A stretch of DNA of 64,000 bases from Magallana gigas (Eukaryota): the NCBI RefSeq assembly GCF_963853765.1, contig NC_088856.1:27342001-27406000 (forward strand), in the 5' to 3' direction. Of the stretch, positions 1-13,470 are shown one piece after another. Position 1 is the stretch's first letter; each line of letters begins with the position of its first letter. The position numbers and the translations under genes were made by a program. A model generated the notes under the pieces. That model did not search any database. It was given only the letters and a program-made list of their open reading frames with translations, and was not told where the DNA came from.

Positions 1-472
1 AGAAGTAAGTGTGTTAGGACACTCCGGGTGTACAGCATTTAGGCTGTTTATAGCTTTAGATTTACATGTACAAGTTCACTGTAGAAATGTGAACTCAAAA
101 CTGAATGTAGGTAACAGGATTATTTTCGTTCACATGGTTTTGTTATTCATATGAAATGCCAGGAATTTTTAATGGTCTCAAATTTTACATTAATTCTTAT
201 TTTCCTTTAAAATGGGAAAATATTTAATTATCAAATGTATCTAGTACAAAAAAAACCCCCACACTAAACTTAAGTCTTAAACTCAATATTTCAATTTTGG
301 TATGCTTAATTAACAATGTTTTATTATAATGCTGAAAAAAAAACCCTGTATTAAATAATACACCAGGTACATCAGATATATTCTGATTTAATCTATTTAT
401 CTTTAATGAATGATAATTATTGAGAGAGGCATTTGTCAATTGATGGGTTGTTAACAGAATTTTTTTTATAAG

Positions 473-1308
473 GTGGCAGAACAAGCCCTCACCAGTAACT
501 GTGGAACCGACTTAAAATTCCGAGTTTTCGGGAATGCCCCTAGTGGTTACCAGATCAAGAACTACGGAAGAGAAAAGAGGGAAGAAACTAAATTAAATGG
601 TCACAAAGTGAGTACCAGTGATCTCCCATTCTTTGTCTCTATTTCAAAAGGCCTCCTCCTTGTGTCGTTTTATATCTCTTCTTTTAATGCTCTGTATACA
701 AGTGCATGTACATTAAAATTCAAATAAAAAAATCTACCGTAATTTCATTTCATTTACCTCTGAGCAGCAGTTTAAACCCAAATGTTTACAGTTTCCAATG
801 TCTTTGTTGTCTGCAACAATTTTTGTAATATATGGTCCAATACATTTTAAAAATTATAATTCAAATATTTATTTGTTCAATTGCTGAAAATTAAATATTA
901 AATATAAGTAATAAGGAATCATTCTTTGAATTGTATAAGGTGATCAAATACAGTCTGGCCTGATCAAATCTACATGTATCACAATGTCCTTTGGGTTTAA
1001 TTTGATCACTCCCGACCGTGTTTGATCACATCATAATACACGAAGAATGATTCCATCCATATTCCTAGATTAATATGCTAGGTACTGGGTACATGTTTAT
1101 AGATTGGTATAATTTTAGCAAATTTTGACAGGAATGTTTTTTTTTTTTTTTTCAGGTCTTCATCTATAAGGCTGAATACAGAGGTGGTCCAGTGATTCCA
1201 AATGAGGATAATAGTGTATTGGATTATGCCTGGGTGACCCCCAAGGAATTAAGACAGTATCTAGGTCGAACAACTTCTCGAGTGTTAAATAAGTTTATCA
1301 TTTATTAA
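473..1308 (+). CDS. MRPL46: Mitochondrial ribosomal protein L46, last two coding exons (473-607, 1156-1308); gene starts upstream of the window (a donor GTAAGT follows base 4)
   Basis: AG/GT-bounded phase-0 exons translate to VAEQALTSNCGTDLKFRVFGNAPSGYQIKNYGREKREETKLNGHK|VFIYKAEYRGG...DYAWVTPKELRQYL...KFIIY*, matching the MRPL46 C-terminal Nudix-like region (GNAP motif, WVT..EL..YL); AATAAA at 1312-1317. Confidence 0.9.
909..1054. repeat. Imperfect palindromic interspersed element in the MRPL46 intron (Crypton-type non-autonomous-like)
   Basis: Arms AAGGAATCATTCTTTG..AGGTGATCAAA and TTTGATCAC..ATCATAATAC..AAGAATGATTCC are inverted copies; family assignment is from recall only. Confidence 0.55.
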
Positions 1309-1462
1309 TAGAATAAATTCATGTAAATATTCTTGCCTTGTTTATTCTCACATTTCTATTTAAATTCACTTTGATCAACAAATACCCACACCAAGTCAAA
1401 ATTCTATAAGGAAATTCTGCTGATTTTGTATTTCAAACCCACAAAAAAGTTATTAGTACATA

Positions 1463-3879
1463 TACTGTGGAATCATTAAATTTCATGGCAGTTTTTGTGG
1501 ATTACTTTAATTTTACAGGTTGGTGGGGACGTTTAAAATTTCGTATATTCTCTTTTCTCTCCCATACCAAAACATTCTCACAATTTGCTCATGAGCAGCT
1601 CACGTGAGGACTAACAAGATTTCCTCACGTGAGTTGCTCATGTGAGTCTTATGTGCAATTTAACATGCAAATTAGGTAAAATGCTCACGTGAGAAAAATT
1701 CTGCACACAAGCATTTTTTGCTCACGTGAGGAATAGACCTGCTCACCAAGAGTTTTGCTCACATGAGGCTCATGAGGCTTATGAGACTCATGAGGCTCAT
1801 GTGCAACAGTTGCTCACTTCAAAGACAATGGACAAAAATTGAAATTAAAATCATCAATATATATTTACATCAGTCATTTTGAAAATACAATTTCATACAT
1901 TGTTTAACATTACATTTACATAAATCTTTAGAAAGTTAACCAATAATAAATGCTGGCATGTTGAAACTTGTATTGCAGTTTGATCACTCAAAGCAGTGTA
2001 TCTCACAGACGGACTTGGAAAAAAAATCACAGTTCACAGTAGGCAAAGTTCAATTTAACCATACAAAGTAGTTCATAAGTGCTGCACCAACACTGGCTGC
2101 ATTACAATCGATCGAGGCATTCGTCTCCAACATTCCAAATGTCCTTTTTTTTACAGTCTCGTGTCTCACATGCTCTCTGATTTCACACATAAACTGTAAA
2201 CCACACAAACGGCTGACTACCAGAACATCACAATAATATCCAAATTGACACAACCAGACTTCAGCATGTATAACTTCTCCATTACTTAAATTACGTCTTC
2301 ACTTTTTTTGTTGCATCATTCATAAAATCAGCGAGCTTTTCATGGTTTTCTTCAGGTCTGTGCAACTCAGGGCAGGCCTATTGGAAAGATAAATAAATTT
2401 GATATCAGTGAAATTGTTAAAAGTTTTCATATTTCAAGCAGTTTTTAAGAAAATCATTATATAATACTGCAACTATCAATATTATCAGATTCTACACAAG
2501 AAAACATGAACTCTTTTCTCCGTGTCATAAAATCGTTAATCAGTGTTAATAATAAAAAATATGTAGTTAGAAATTATTGTCAAGTAAAATGTCAAAGAAA
2601 AAAATAACGTGTGTTTTATTACATTTGATACACCGGTATTTGCCCGATGGTCAGTTGTAAATTGTTTAACCCCGTTTTAAATGTAGATGCTAAGATCACA
2701 GTATTTCGTTTCATATTCATTCTAATTACAAACACGTTTAACTGCCATTCAAGTGATTCAAAGAATATATTTTAACAAGTTAACGCTAAACTTACTTGAA
2801 GTGCTCATACAGAAGATGCAGGGGGTGTCGACACTCGATTCATTCATTCAGATTCTTCCTCTGTTCAGCCGTGGATTTTTCACACTAAAACACTCCATAG
2901 ACGAATACCCCATTGACAACGTAGTTTTTAACCTTATCAACCGGTAGTACCGTACAGAATCAGATAATTCCCTTTTTAATTCATTTCACCGTCATCTATG
3001 ATGGTAGACAACATGGCGGAATCGAATATGAAAATTGGCGGCTGGCATTTAATCGACCAATGAGCGCGCGCGTAGCTTAGACTGGTTCCCCTGCCACTGC
3101 GTTATTTACTTCGTTTTGGGCGGGAGCGAGAACCAGACTAGCGGGTAACTTTACATTAAAACAAAAGTAAAAGTAGAAACAAACAGCTTACGAAAAATCA
3201 CAATATCAAGCGGTTTTGTCAGATTCTCATATCTAAATAGTAAGTTGAGTGATAATTGAATTTAGGAATAAAAATTAAAGAATATAACGTTACCAAAAAA
3301 AAAAAAAACGGACAGTTTTGTGTTCACGAAAAAAAAAAAAATGGGGTGGGGGAGGGGGTGTCAAAATGTACTTGTTAACAAAATTTTGCAATTGCTTACG
3401 TGAGGAAAACGGACGTATTTTTTTTTTCAATTTGATTTAACTTTGACACTGCATATACTGACTAAGTCCAATTTCCTAACCTCTTGCTCACGTGAGAAAG
3501 TTGAACTTAGAAAAAAAAATCTACCGTCAATGTATCTGTATAGCCTGTTGCTTACATGAGCAATTCGAATAGAATTTTGCTCATGAGCAATCAGGTGAGC
3601 AAATTTTTGCACATGTGCATTTTGGTTAGTATTTTCCTCCCTAACAGAGACTAACAATCTGCACATGAGCAAAATGAATTCCTACCTAATTTGCATACAT
3701 TTCTAACTAGATTCTCATGTGCTTCTCATGAGCTGCTCATGAGCATTTGTTAGAATGTTTGGTACGGGCAGTACAAAAGAAAAAGTTACTTTATTACCCT
3801 TTTTATTGATTCGTGGATGAGAGGACCTCACAAATTCCACAAAAATTGAGCCACCATGAAATCTAATGATTTCACAGGA
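1463..3879. mobile_element. ~210-bp TA-target MITE (TACTGTGG termini) split by a nested 2.2-kb insertion
   Basis: Left end TACTGTGGAATCATTAAATTTCATGGC..TTTTTGTGGA is the reverse complement of right end TCCACAAAAATTGAGCCACCATGAAATCTAATGATTTCACAG; flanks sum to ~209 bp, similar to the intact relative at 23534-23744. Confidence 0.75.
1561..3768. mobile_element. Non-autonomous CCC-ended TIR transposon (EnSpm/CACTA-like) with subterminal CTCACGTGAG/CTCATGAG repeat arrays
   Basis: TIR CCCATACCAAAACATTCTCACAATTTGCTCATGAGCAGCTCA (1561) versus CTCATGAGCTGCTCATGAGCATTTGTTAGAATGTTTGGTACGGG (to 3768); short palindromic repeats at 1585-1815 and 3395-3745. Confidence 0.8.
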
Positions 3880-4284
3880 ACCTGTATCTCTGTGAATAAG
3901 ATGACTGGCACACCTATTACTGAGTTGATGCCCACAATGGAACCAATAACATGGATCATTTACATGTATTTCAAAAGTAAATGAGAATATATCAGATTGT
4001 GCTACAATTAATTTAGAGAAAAAAGATGACAAACACTTTTCTATTCAATATCAATAATTTTAATGAAAAAAAAAACATATGCCAAGAAAAAAATACACAT
4101 GTATTTTCATTATAGTACATGTTCATTGATTTAAAATTGAGACCTTCATGAATGATTGAAAAAATATATATATAATATATATTTTGAGTCAATATTATTA
4201 AGTAAAAGGTGAACACATCATAACAAGAGTTAATGGACTGGATGCAATGCCCTTATCCGCTGTTGGATTAATGTGGATTGGATG

Positions 4285-7200
4285 TTATTCCATGGTTGGA
4301 GGGCGGATCGGATTCATTGGATCGTGATCCACCGTCTGATGGAGCATCAGCCCCAGTACCCCCACGCGATTGGCCATGGACACTCGGATGTTTCTCTCCT
4401 GCTCAAATAGGTCGTCCAGCTTCAGCCACTGTTAAAGAGGAAGAGAGCCTTTGTTTTACAATCAAGATCAAAGAAATCAAGTTCTGTTATTGTTTACATC
4501 TGTGTTATATTGGTTTGAGTTTCAATCTAAAGTTGCTTTTTGTTGATAAAATTATTTATAAACACATTGAACATGTTCAATCACTATTCTTGTTTGCTTC
4601 AAGGTATTTTGTCAAAGAAATGGTAATTTCTTAACTTTTAATACATTATTTGTAAACAAATATAAGACTCAAATGAGCTCCGTTTACATAGCAACTTCCT
4701 TCCTCATTGAAATTTTCGTGAATCGTTCAAAATACTCAAGGAAATTATTTTAAACAAAAAAAATTGAAAATAAAATTTTCATCTCAAATTGTGTCCAGGT
4801 CCCTTCAATAGAATTAAGTTGACCTTGAACTCAATGACCTTGCACCTACATGTAATCAGTATGTAAACTTTTAAATATGAGTCAATATAAGCAATACACA
4901 AGTTTGTTTTCTCCTTCAATATCTATATTATAAAGTTCATAAAGTAGAGAGTAAATCCAAATCAGTCAATCTTTGGGTATAAAGTAGTCGTCCACAAACA
5001 GTATACCTGTCTAACCCGCTCCAGATCTATCTCGGCCCTCCGTAACTTCTCCCAGCAGTAATGTTTGTTACACTTCTTCTTGGGGACCCTGCAAATCTCT
5101 CCTGTTTCTTGAAACACATGGATAACAAGCGGGCAACCACACACTTCCTCTGGCCCCACCTAGAACAAACGGGGGTCAAGTCAAAATACAGGCCTAGAAT
5201 TACATGTATTAGAATAAAAATCAATGTATTGGATGATAATGCTTTTTAATAGTGGTCTAACATTGCTGATGAAAGCCTAATAGTTAACAGAACTATTACA
5301 TATGCTAGCAACAGCAAGAAATCATGATTTAAAAACTCATATTGCCTTTATTTCAAGAACTCAACAATTAATGCCATTGCATTCAAATTTAGGCAGTATA
5401 AATCTCTTCATGTACATGTACGTATATATTGTCAGGCACCAACACTGTACTACAACTTTGTGCATGCACAAGGTAAATTTTGTTCCAGTATCAAATTTTG
5501 TCTATGAATCTATCCAGCAAAATACATGTACCTTGGGTTCTTTTGTGTGCTCTGGACACAGGACCTTCAGTCGTTTACAGTAAACCTTCTGCTGCGCATT
5601 GTAATAGTCACAAAACATGGAGTTGCCCTCGATTCTCGTCTTGTATATTGAACCGAACGAAGTCTGGGCTTCAAACTGTAAATATATCACAATAAGACAA
5701 TAAATAACCTGAATACTGTTTAAACGTTTAAAACGGTCAAAGGTATTCAATTTTGTGTGCTCCTTTACTCGATATTTTGGGATCCAGAACATTCCATCAT
5801 TATCAATTCATTAATGCATAAATTATATATTTATGAAGTTTCCAAACAACTTTTATTGTATGCATTTCCATAATCTAGTATAATTTTTGGTCTCAGCATA
5901 CTCAAAATCAGTTACTGTAATGGAACATAAAGCTATACCATTCCGTGATATGACGACGTCAATAAAATTTAGAAATGGGAAAGTTGAAATACAGGTACAT
6001 TTAATAGCAGATAGATCAGGACATACTTGTAAATGTACATGATGATCAAATGTTTTTGGTATTGCACCTCTACCATATCAGGAGTATACTAATACTGCCA
6101 CCATTTAAAGAAATACATGTACACATAAATGTTTGCCGGTCTAAAGATGAGGAGCAAGTTCATATACAGCAAAACTCTGTTATAACGAAGTCACTGGGAC
6201 CTAAGAAATTACTTCGTTATATCCGTAATTCGTTATAACCGTATAAGAAATTCATTAAAATTACATAGCTGGGGATCCAAGATGACTTCGCTATATCCGT
6301 AAATTCGCAATATCCGTGTTCGTACTAAACGAGTTTTACTGTACTGTAGATTCCTAAATCTATACTACTAATTAAGAATTAAAATCCGCATAAAATCGCG
6401 AGAAGCACAGCTCATGAATTTTAAAATCTCGCTTTTAATTTTTGGACAGATGAAAACTACATTAAACTATGATAAAAAAAAATTGACGTTCGTGATTTTA
6501 TATTCTCGCAATTTGACAGAAAATGGTTGAATCGCGGAATTAAGTACACGCGTAAAATAAGGAATCTACAGTACATGCAAATAACAATAAAGTGTGACAT
6601 GCACTTGTGAACATGTAGATGATGAGGAAGTACATATGGAGTGTAATATTATTGTGTTATTACGAAATTACTAAAACTTCATGTATTTCTGTGCGATGCA
6701 TGTACACAGACCTTGGAGAAGCATTTCTCCATGTGGCGTAGTGCTCCTTTCTGGTTTAATTCAGCTCCACACGTAACACAGTACAAACTCAACTCCAAAT
6801 CATCTTCATTGTCTTTTTCCTGATTAAAGAAAAAAAGAAACTTGTTAAATCAGATACCAATTATTCCTTACATTTCTATGATATGAAATAATAGCAGAAA
6901 ATCAGAATTTTAAAGCTTTATATTTAGAAGTCTTCAATTGGAATATTGAAAATCCAATGAATTTCTATAATATGCTTTTTGCAAAGAGTAGATGCCACTT
7001 AATCAAGTACCAAACAAAATGCCATACAGTTATTTAAGTATAAGAAATATATGCTAATTCAATCCACACTAATTTGTTAAAAAATCAGTTTTCACTAAAT
7101 ATTGTACACATTCAATTTGTTTACAGTATATCCCAACATAAACAGATTGGAAGTTCAATGCATTTTGTTGTGAGCAACAATAATATACATGAATATGTAT

Positions 7201-10200
7201 TTTCTACACTTTGACACTATACTTTGAGTATCTGCAAACATTACCCTTACACATTTTCTGAAATTTTAAGCTTAAAAACAATGAATCAAATTCTTTCATA
7301 CTGATTTTATTTCTGAAATATTACCCATACTTACACAAACTCTAAAACTTAAACGTAAATTTTAAATTTATCAAATTCCTCCATGCTGCCTTACGTCTTG
7401 TTCCGGGGCGATGGAGACATTCTTGGCTCGTTCGATGACTCCATCCAGTTCCTGATGTTTGAGATCCAGCTGCGCCAGTTTCTGCCGACACTCCAGCTGT
7501 TCGCGCCGTATTTTCTCCAGCATCTTGTTGTTGTTCTCCTCCGTCACGCACGGACTGCTCTGCCATTGCTGTATCTTTGGGGGTAGGAGTTCGTATATCC
7601 GACTGGAAAAAAAATAACACGCGTAATTTAATACTAGTACATGTACATCACAAGAATTCTTATTTTGAACATTTTAAAATTAATTTTTACATATTCTTTT
7701 GCCAAGTTGGTGATAGAATTTTATAACAAAAAAAATTGTTATGGACAAAAGACCCATACATCATTATAATCTTTAAGCAGTAGAATTTTTTTTAGATAAC
7801 AGCCACATAGTTAATTACAAATCTGACTAAAAATACCCTATTTAATATTGTACCTTTTTGCTAGTTTGAGACCACACTCATCAGAACAGTATTTGGAATT
7901 CGATCGGGCAGGCTCGATACATCCTGGTCCAAAACACTGCCGGGGCTCATCTATTTCACTCTGCCTGACTTCTTCTATTTCTGACCTCTTTCTCTTCAAT
8001 TCTGAAGCATTTTCTTTGGCTTTCTACAAAATGTCAAGAACACATTCAATATTATAATGTAAAAACAATCAAATACAATGTATCTGAATATGTATTGCTG
8101 TTAATAAACAGTATCAAAATTCAACACTACAACTTTTAAACACAAAAATTATCTAAAATTGCCCGTCCCTCTTGATAAAAGTGGTACATTTATCATATAT
8201 GTTAAACATTTGCCAATTTTGTCTAAGGATATTTAAAGACATTTTATTCAGAAGAATTTCCTCTGTACTCCTACCTTTGTTTTCTTTTCTGGTGAGTGCT
8301 TGCGTCCCCGTTTCTTATACTTCTTCTTTGCAGAACCGCTCTCTGACATGCTCTTCTTTCTCCCTCTCTTTCCCTGAAGAAGAATACGAACACCTTTCCA
8401 TTTCCAAAACTCAAATGACAACTTTTATCTAATTATTTTTATTAAAATTTGTAATTTTCAGGTATTAAGCAAATTTACATGCACTGCACATACTTAATTT
8501 ACTGAGATGAAAAATTGGTGCCTCTTTGGCCATTCTAAATTAAGACATATTTTAATACACAAAGCAGTACGGTTTCAAAGTACATAAATAGACCTCTTGT
8601 CTATGGTTATATAAGTGAACTTCACATTCAATTTCTGCACAAAAGAGTCCATTAACTTTACACAGGCAGTAGCATTCATGTGGATAAAGTTGTATACATG
8701 TATGGGATTGAATTACCTTAGGGGATTTCTCAATGTTTTCTGAGCTATAATCTGGGTCATCGTCCACATCCATAAAATCATCGTCATCATGCGGTCCACT
8801 GTGGGAAAAAACATCAACACCATACATGTATGTTATCTTGTCAAATATGCTCTATCATTTTATTTATGTGTAAATAAATATATTAGTACATGAAGGTTTA
8901 ATCAAAAATACAATTCTAGCCTTAATTTTATATGAGATACACATTAGTTTTTTATAAGAGTTGTAATAGAATTCAAGTGTACTTTCTCTCTCTCTCAAAA
9001 ATAAAAAAAAATAAAAAAATAATCTTTGAGTATTTGAAAAAAAATGCTGGAAACTTCCTTACAGGGACATGTTTTATTCAAATAAATTGAAGTAAAAAGA
9101 AAACAAAAACTTTCTACCTCAACAAAGAAAACAATCATGCAAATTCAATCACCTTTTGCAACTGTTACAATAAAAAGCCCACAGTTATATGTAAATTGTG
9201 TGTGATTTGAGAGCCTGTTTCTCCCATTTTACTGCATAAAAAACAGAGTACATTGTGTTGTCTATTTGCATGTATATAATCCCTTCCTTTATAACTTCAT
9301 ATCAAAAATAAAATGAAAATAAAATGAAAATAAAATGCATTAAATGATCAAAAGCAACGTACAATACTTTCCAATGTTTGAGTACAGCAAAGTACATGTA
9401 AATCAAAACACAAAATTACATGTATACAGCTACATGTACAAATACATTGGGATATGAAAAATTGCAAAATAATATTAAACATGTTAAAGATTAACTGCAA
9501 GTAAATAAAGTGTGAAAAAATTGTACGCAGCATGCACATTTCAGCAAATTGAAAACGATATTTGAAAGCTGTAAAGAATATTTTAAAATGTCTACTAACC
9601 AACTAATGACTCTACAATGTGGATAAAAAAAAATAACTAAAATACTACAGTATACAAAGATTAACATATTACCCATGATGTTAAGATACTGGTATACAGT
9701 GTACATGTATATGACACAGGAAGTACGTATCTCAACAATGAGAATTGTCATGATGTGTAAAATACTAAAGGTTGCACCTTAAGGGTCCTTGACACCCAGT
9801 GACTCTTACTTTTTACCACAGTAGTTCAGAACATGGCAATTTCAACCCATTGCAAATTCTTTATATTGCCAAATTTCTGTCTTTCTCTGTAGCACAATGG
9901 GTATAGTGTCGGTCTACTGAACTGCAGGTCTCTAGTTCAAATACAGCTGGGACTTGAGTTTTTAAGAATACCGGTATATAATTCTTTTTTAAAAGTTCAA
10001 TACATGCTAGAATTCCATACCTCTTTAGAATATTACCTCCATATAGAATATAGAAGTCTACAAGAAACTTTTCCTAAAAATGTTGAGGAACCATAAGTCT
10101 GTTTCTAAACAAATGATGATAAAGAGAAGAAGTGGTGAAAAAGCAGCTATGAATGGAATATGTGGGAATTGTTTTATAAATTGATACATGGTTAATAAAA

Positions 10201-13200
10201 TGTGAATACCAGATAGCTGAGCTACATCTAGAGTACCTGTACAAAAACATAAGTATCGGTAGAAGCAATGCTTGAAATGATGAAGGTGAACCATTGAATG
10301 GAGCAGTGTATTTTTACGAGTGCATAAAATGGTGAGTTTGCAGACTCAAAGGACTAAAGGAACAGTGAATCAGAATGTAGAAAATGATGAATTTATAAAC
10401 TGATGGCCGTAATGAGGTAAAAATTGTTTTGATAATGGGCAGTTATAAATAGAGGTGGAATAGTTAATATGTATTCATCAATGAATGAAATATTAGTCAA
10501 CACATACATTTTTAGTATGATGGTATAGTAAGATCAAGACCTAACTATTTTTATGAAGAAAAATTGTAGGACTTTTTATACCAAATTTCAGAAATCTGTA
10601 GGCTCCTTTCACATATTTAAAATCTTGATTTTTCATTTGTAAATTTTGGTGACAAATGAAAAATGTATTGAAGTATGTATAATGAAAAATAGTTCCGTAC
10701 TGGATAATGAGTACTGTATAGACAGAAATATTCACCCCCGTTTTATTTTCACCCCTTTCACCCTTGTTGTTAGTGGGCAAATTTAAGACTGGTGAATTGT
10801 AATGAGACAAAGGTATTTACTTTAACACGACTGTGTCTGGGCAAATTTAAGATGGGGCAAAAACTGTTTACAGGTGGGGAAAGGGCAAATATAACACAGG
10901 GCAAAAATAACTCTGTATACAGCAATACATTTTTCTGTGAAGCAGCAGAGTTATATCCAAGCCTCACCTGTAGTATTCTGTTCTGATAGACTCTGTCTCT
11001 GTGGTCAGAACACATTCTTGTTTTTCTGTTCGTTTGCTCGTCATGTTCAATCCCTGAAAATAATTGATAATAATAAGAACAATCTTAAATACTAACATAA
11101 AAAAGAAACATTTCATTGAAAGTATAGTTTCTTTGTTTATATAAACTTCTATAATAATTTATATTGAGTAATATATACTTAGTAAACATCTGTTATAAAA
11201 AAAACCCATTGGTTTTCTTCCATCATCCACTGTTATACATGTTCCATATATTCATTTTATACAACGCTTTTAACGTTGCTTTTTTCATAATCCCCTTTTT
11301 TTATAATTAATTTACATTTCAAAATATAAAACATCCAGAAATCATCATAGTTAATGGGCATTTTGTGCCAGAAAGCAAACCAGTGAAATATAAAAAAAAA
11401 CCCAAAAAATGATTTACAAGAATATTGCACATTACGCACTTTACTTACATGTAATTTGAAACATGCTAAAAACCCCACATGGATTTATGATAATTGTATG
11501 TATTATAAAATTTATAGATTCTGGGTAAATAATTCACTTACAAAATTAAGACATTGTCTGAGCCTACACTTCTGTCTGATTTTGTTTGGTCCACCAAATT
11601 TCTTCATATCCTGTCAAAGTAAAAAAAAAAAAATATGCATTAAGCAATCAAAGGGGGGAAACTCTTTCAACATGAGTGTTTGATATGCATGCCAACACAT
11701 TTGAAATAAATATGTGTATATTACTATGACATCATAATATGGTACATGCAGCAATAAATTAATTTTCATTACTAATAGTTTTGAACTATTCATTTGAATT
11801 TGTGATAGCAAAATTTTGTCAAATTTTTAGGGAGTTGTGGAGGTAAAATTTTGTGGATATTTTTTTATATTTAATGTCACTAAATTACTACTGCACATGG
11901 TTTTCATAATTTGTCGGGATGTTAACTCACAGGTAAGGGGCATGAAATCAAAGAAAACTGAGTCACAGAGTAAATTCATAGTATTCAAATTAAAGCAATA
12001 TTTGAATTATTCACTAAAACTGACACATTTTCACTGGTTCAAGGTGACACTATTTTGAAAATTGCAAGAACTTTTATTTATTACAAACTATATCATATTT
12101 TATTTTTAATGTCAAATTCATGAGTGATGGTATTAATGAAATTTTTAAAAAGCTTACTTTGCAATAGTCGCATCTTGCACAATCCTCTGTCCTGTGACAA
12201 GCTGTACACTCACCGCATCGCCTTGATGATTTCTTTTTATTGCTAGAATCCTTCAGAATAAACGTAATAATAGAACATTTTTTACTGTTGCTAGAATCCT
12301 TCAGAATGAACGTAATAAGAGAAAATCAAACAGAAAATTTTCTGAAAATCTTTAAACTCATTTATAATATTTTCAGTTACTTTATTTAATTATTTGCTGA
12401 AACACATTAAAATTGTTGCCATTAACTAGTCTGCATTGCAGACAGACAATGATAATCAGCGAAACCAAAATGAAAATTTACATCTCGACTTCGGAATTCT
12501 CTGTCACTTGAATGTTTGTGGGAAGAGTGCTTCTCTTTGGATGAACTTTTCTTGTGTTTGTATTTGATTTCCAGGCTTTGGTCTTGTTCTGAAATTGTAA
12601 CAAACAGATGAACTAAATTCTCATAAAGAATGTCAAATTTATGGAACATCATACATGTACATGTGGTTAATATTTGTTTCCTCTATTAATTATACTATTA
12701 ATACTGATCTGCCTAATTCAAAATCATTGCTTAAATTATGAAAGTGTCTGCAAAATATTTTCAACCTTTGATATTATATCATATTATTTTTCAAACCATT
12801 AATCATATTTTTATCCAAATTTTGCCTTATAGAATAAACCAAAATTAAAGTTACACAGCTCTAACCTCGGCAAGATGCACAATAGAAATGCTTGATCTGC
12901 TCTGCATCTTTCTGGGTCACTCCAATACAGTCTCCATGGTACCATTCCTCACAATTGTCACAGCCACTGTCAAAGAGGAAAGAGAAAAAATAAAACCTCC
13001 AGACATGTACCAACCACAGACAATATGTTGTGTGATACAGAATCTTGTATTGTCACTATCATATTACCAGGAATTTAAATCATATGCTTAGCAGCAAATT
13101 TACTTAGAATACCTTGGAAACTGCTTTAAATAATATAAATACTAACTTCAGAAAAAAAAAATAATTTTATAGATTCTGAAGTGATTAAAAAAAAAAATTT

Positions 13201-13470
13201 GCTACATGCACCCCCCCCCCCAAAAAAAATGTTCACAATTAACTGATAAATCACAGCTGGTAGAGGTAGTTGTTTATGTAATATATACAAGTTACATATT
13301 AAAAATGCTTATTTTGAGGCAAAATCAAAACCGTGTACCACTTACATCATGAACCGGGTGCTGTCCTTTGAGCGACAAATACAGTACTCTTGTTCGTACG
13401 CCCCTCCAGGCCCCTCGTGGTCCATGATTCGGATCAGCTGTTCTACCTTGGCTTGTCTTTCTGGCAGCAT
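4285..13470 (-). CDS. CXXC1: CXXC-type zinc finger protein 1 (CFP1, SET1/COMPASS subunit), 14 coding exons: 13470-13346, 12966-12866, 12588-12482, 12250-12158, 11610-11542, 11053-10968, 8798-8717, 8373-8275, 8023-7854, 7602-7395, 6819-6712, 5675-5532, 5159-5007, 4428-4285; ~562 aa
   Basis: All introns GT-AG with consistent phases, total 1689 nt. PHD finger ([27 protein letters not shown]), CXXC finger ([42 protein letters not shown]), QCFGPGC..SKYCSDECG, and C-terminal FEAQTSFGSIYKTRIEG..YCKRLKVLCPEH..HYCWEKLRRAEIDLERVRQWLKLDDLFEQER. Confidence 0.96.
6165..6343. mobile_element. Tc1/pogo-type MITE in a CXXC1 intron
   Basis: TIRs TACAGCAAAACTC.GTTATAACGAA and TTCGTACTAAACGAGTTTTACTGTA with TA ends. 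Confidence 0.75.
6342..6573. mobile_element. TA-target MITE (TACTGTAGATTCCT termini) abutting the previous MITE through a shared TA
   Basis: TACTGTAGATTCCTAA ... AAGGAATCTACAGTA; same family as 23328-23751. Confidence 0.75.
9779..9960 (+). mobile_element. TTAA-GG-starting (Kolobok-like) element fragment carrying a tRNA-derived segment
   Basis: TTAAGGGTCCTTGACAC start; A-box-like TAGCACAATGG and B-box-like AGTTCAAATAC at ~9890-9945; right end not found. Confidence 0.4.
10712..10924. mobile_element. TA-target MITE in a CXXC1 intron
   Basis: TACTGTATAGACAGAAATATTCACCCC ... GGGCAAAAATAACTCTGTATACAGCA inverted termini; internal GGGCAAATTTAAGA repeats. Confidence 0.7.

Noticed and set aside
10040-10420. 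Purine-rich stretch in a CXXC1 intron suggesting a nested gene or extra exon
   Set aside because: Stops in all plus frames, and the flanking CXXC1 exons already join in phase without it
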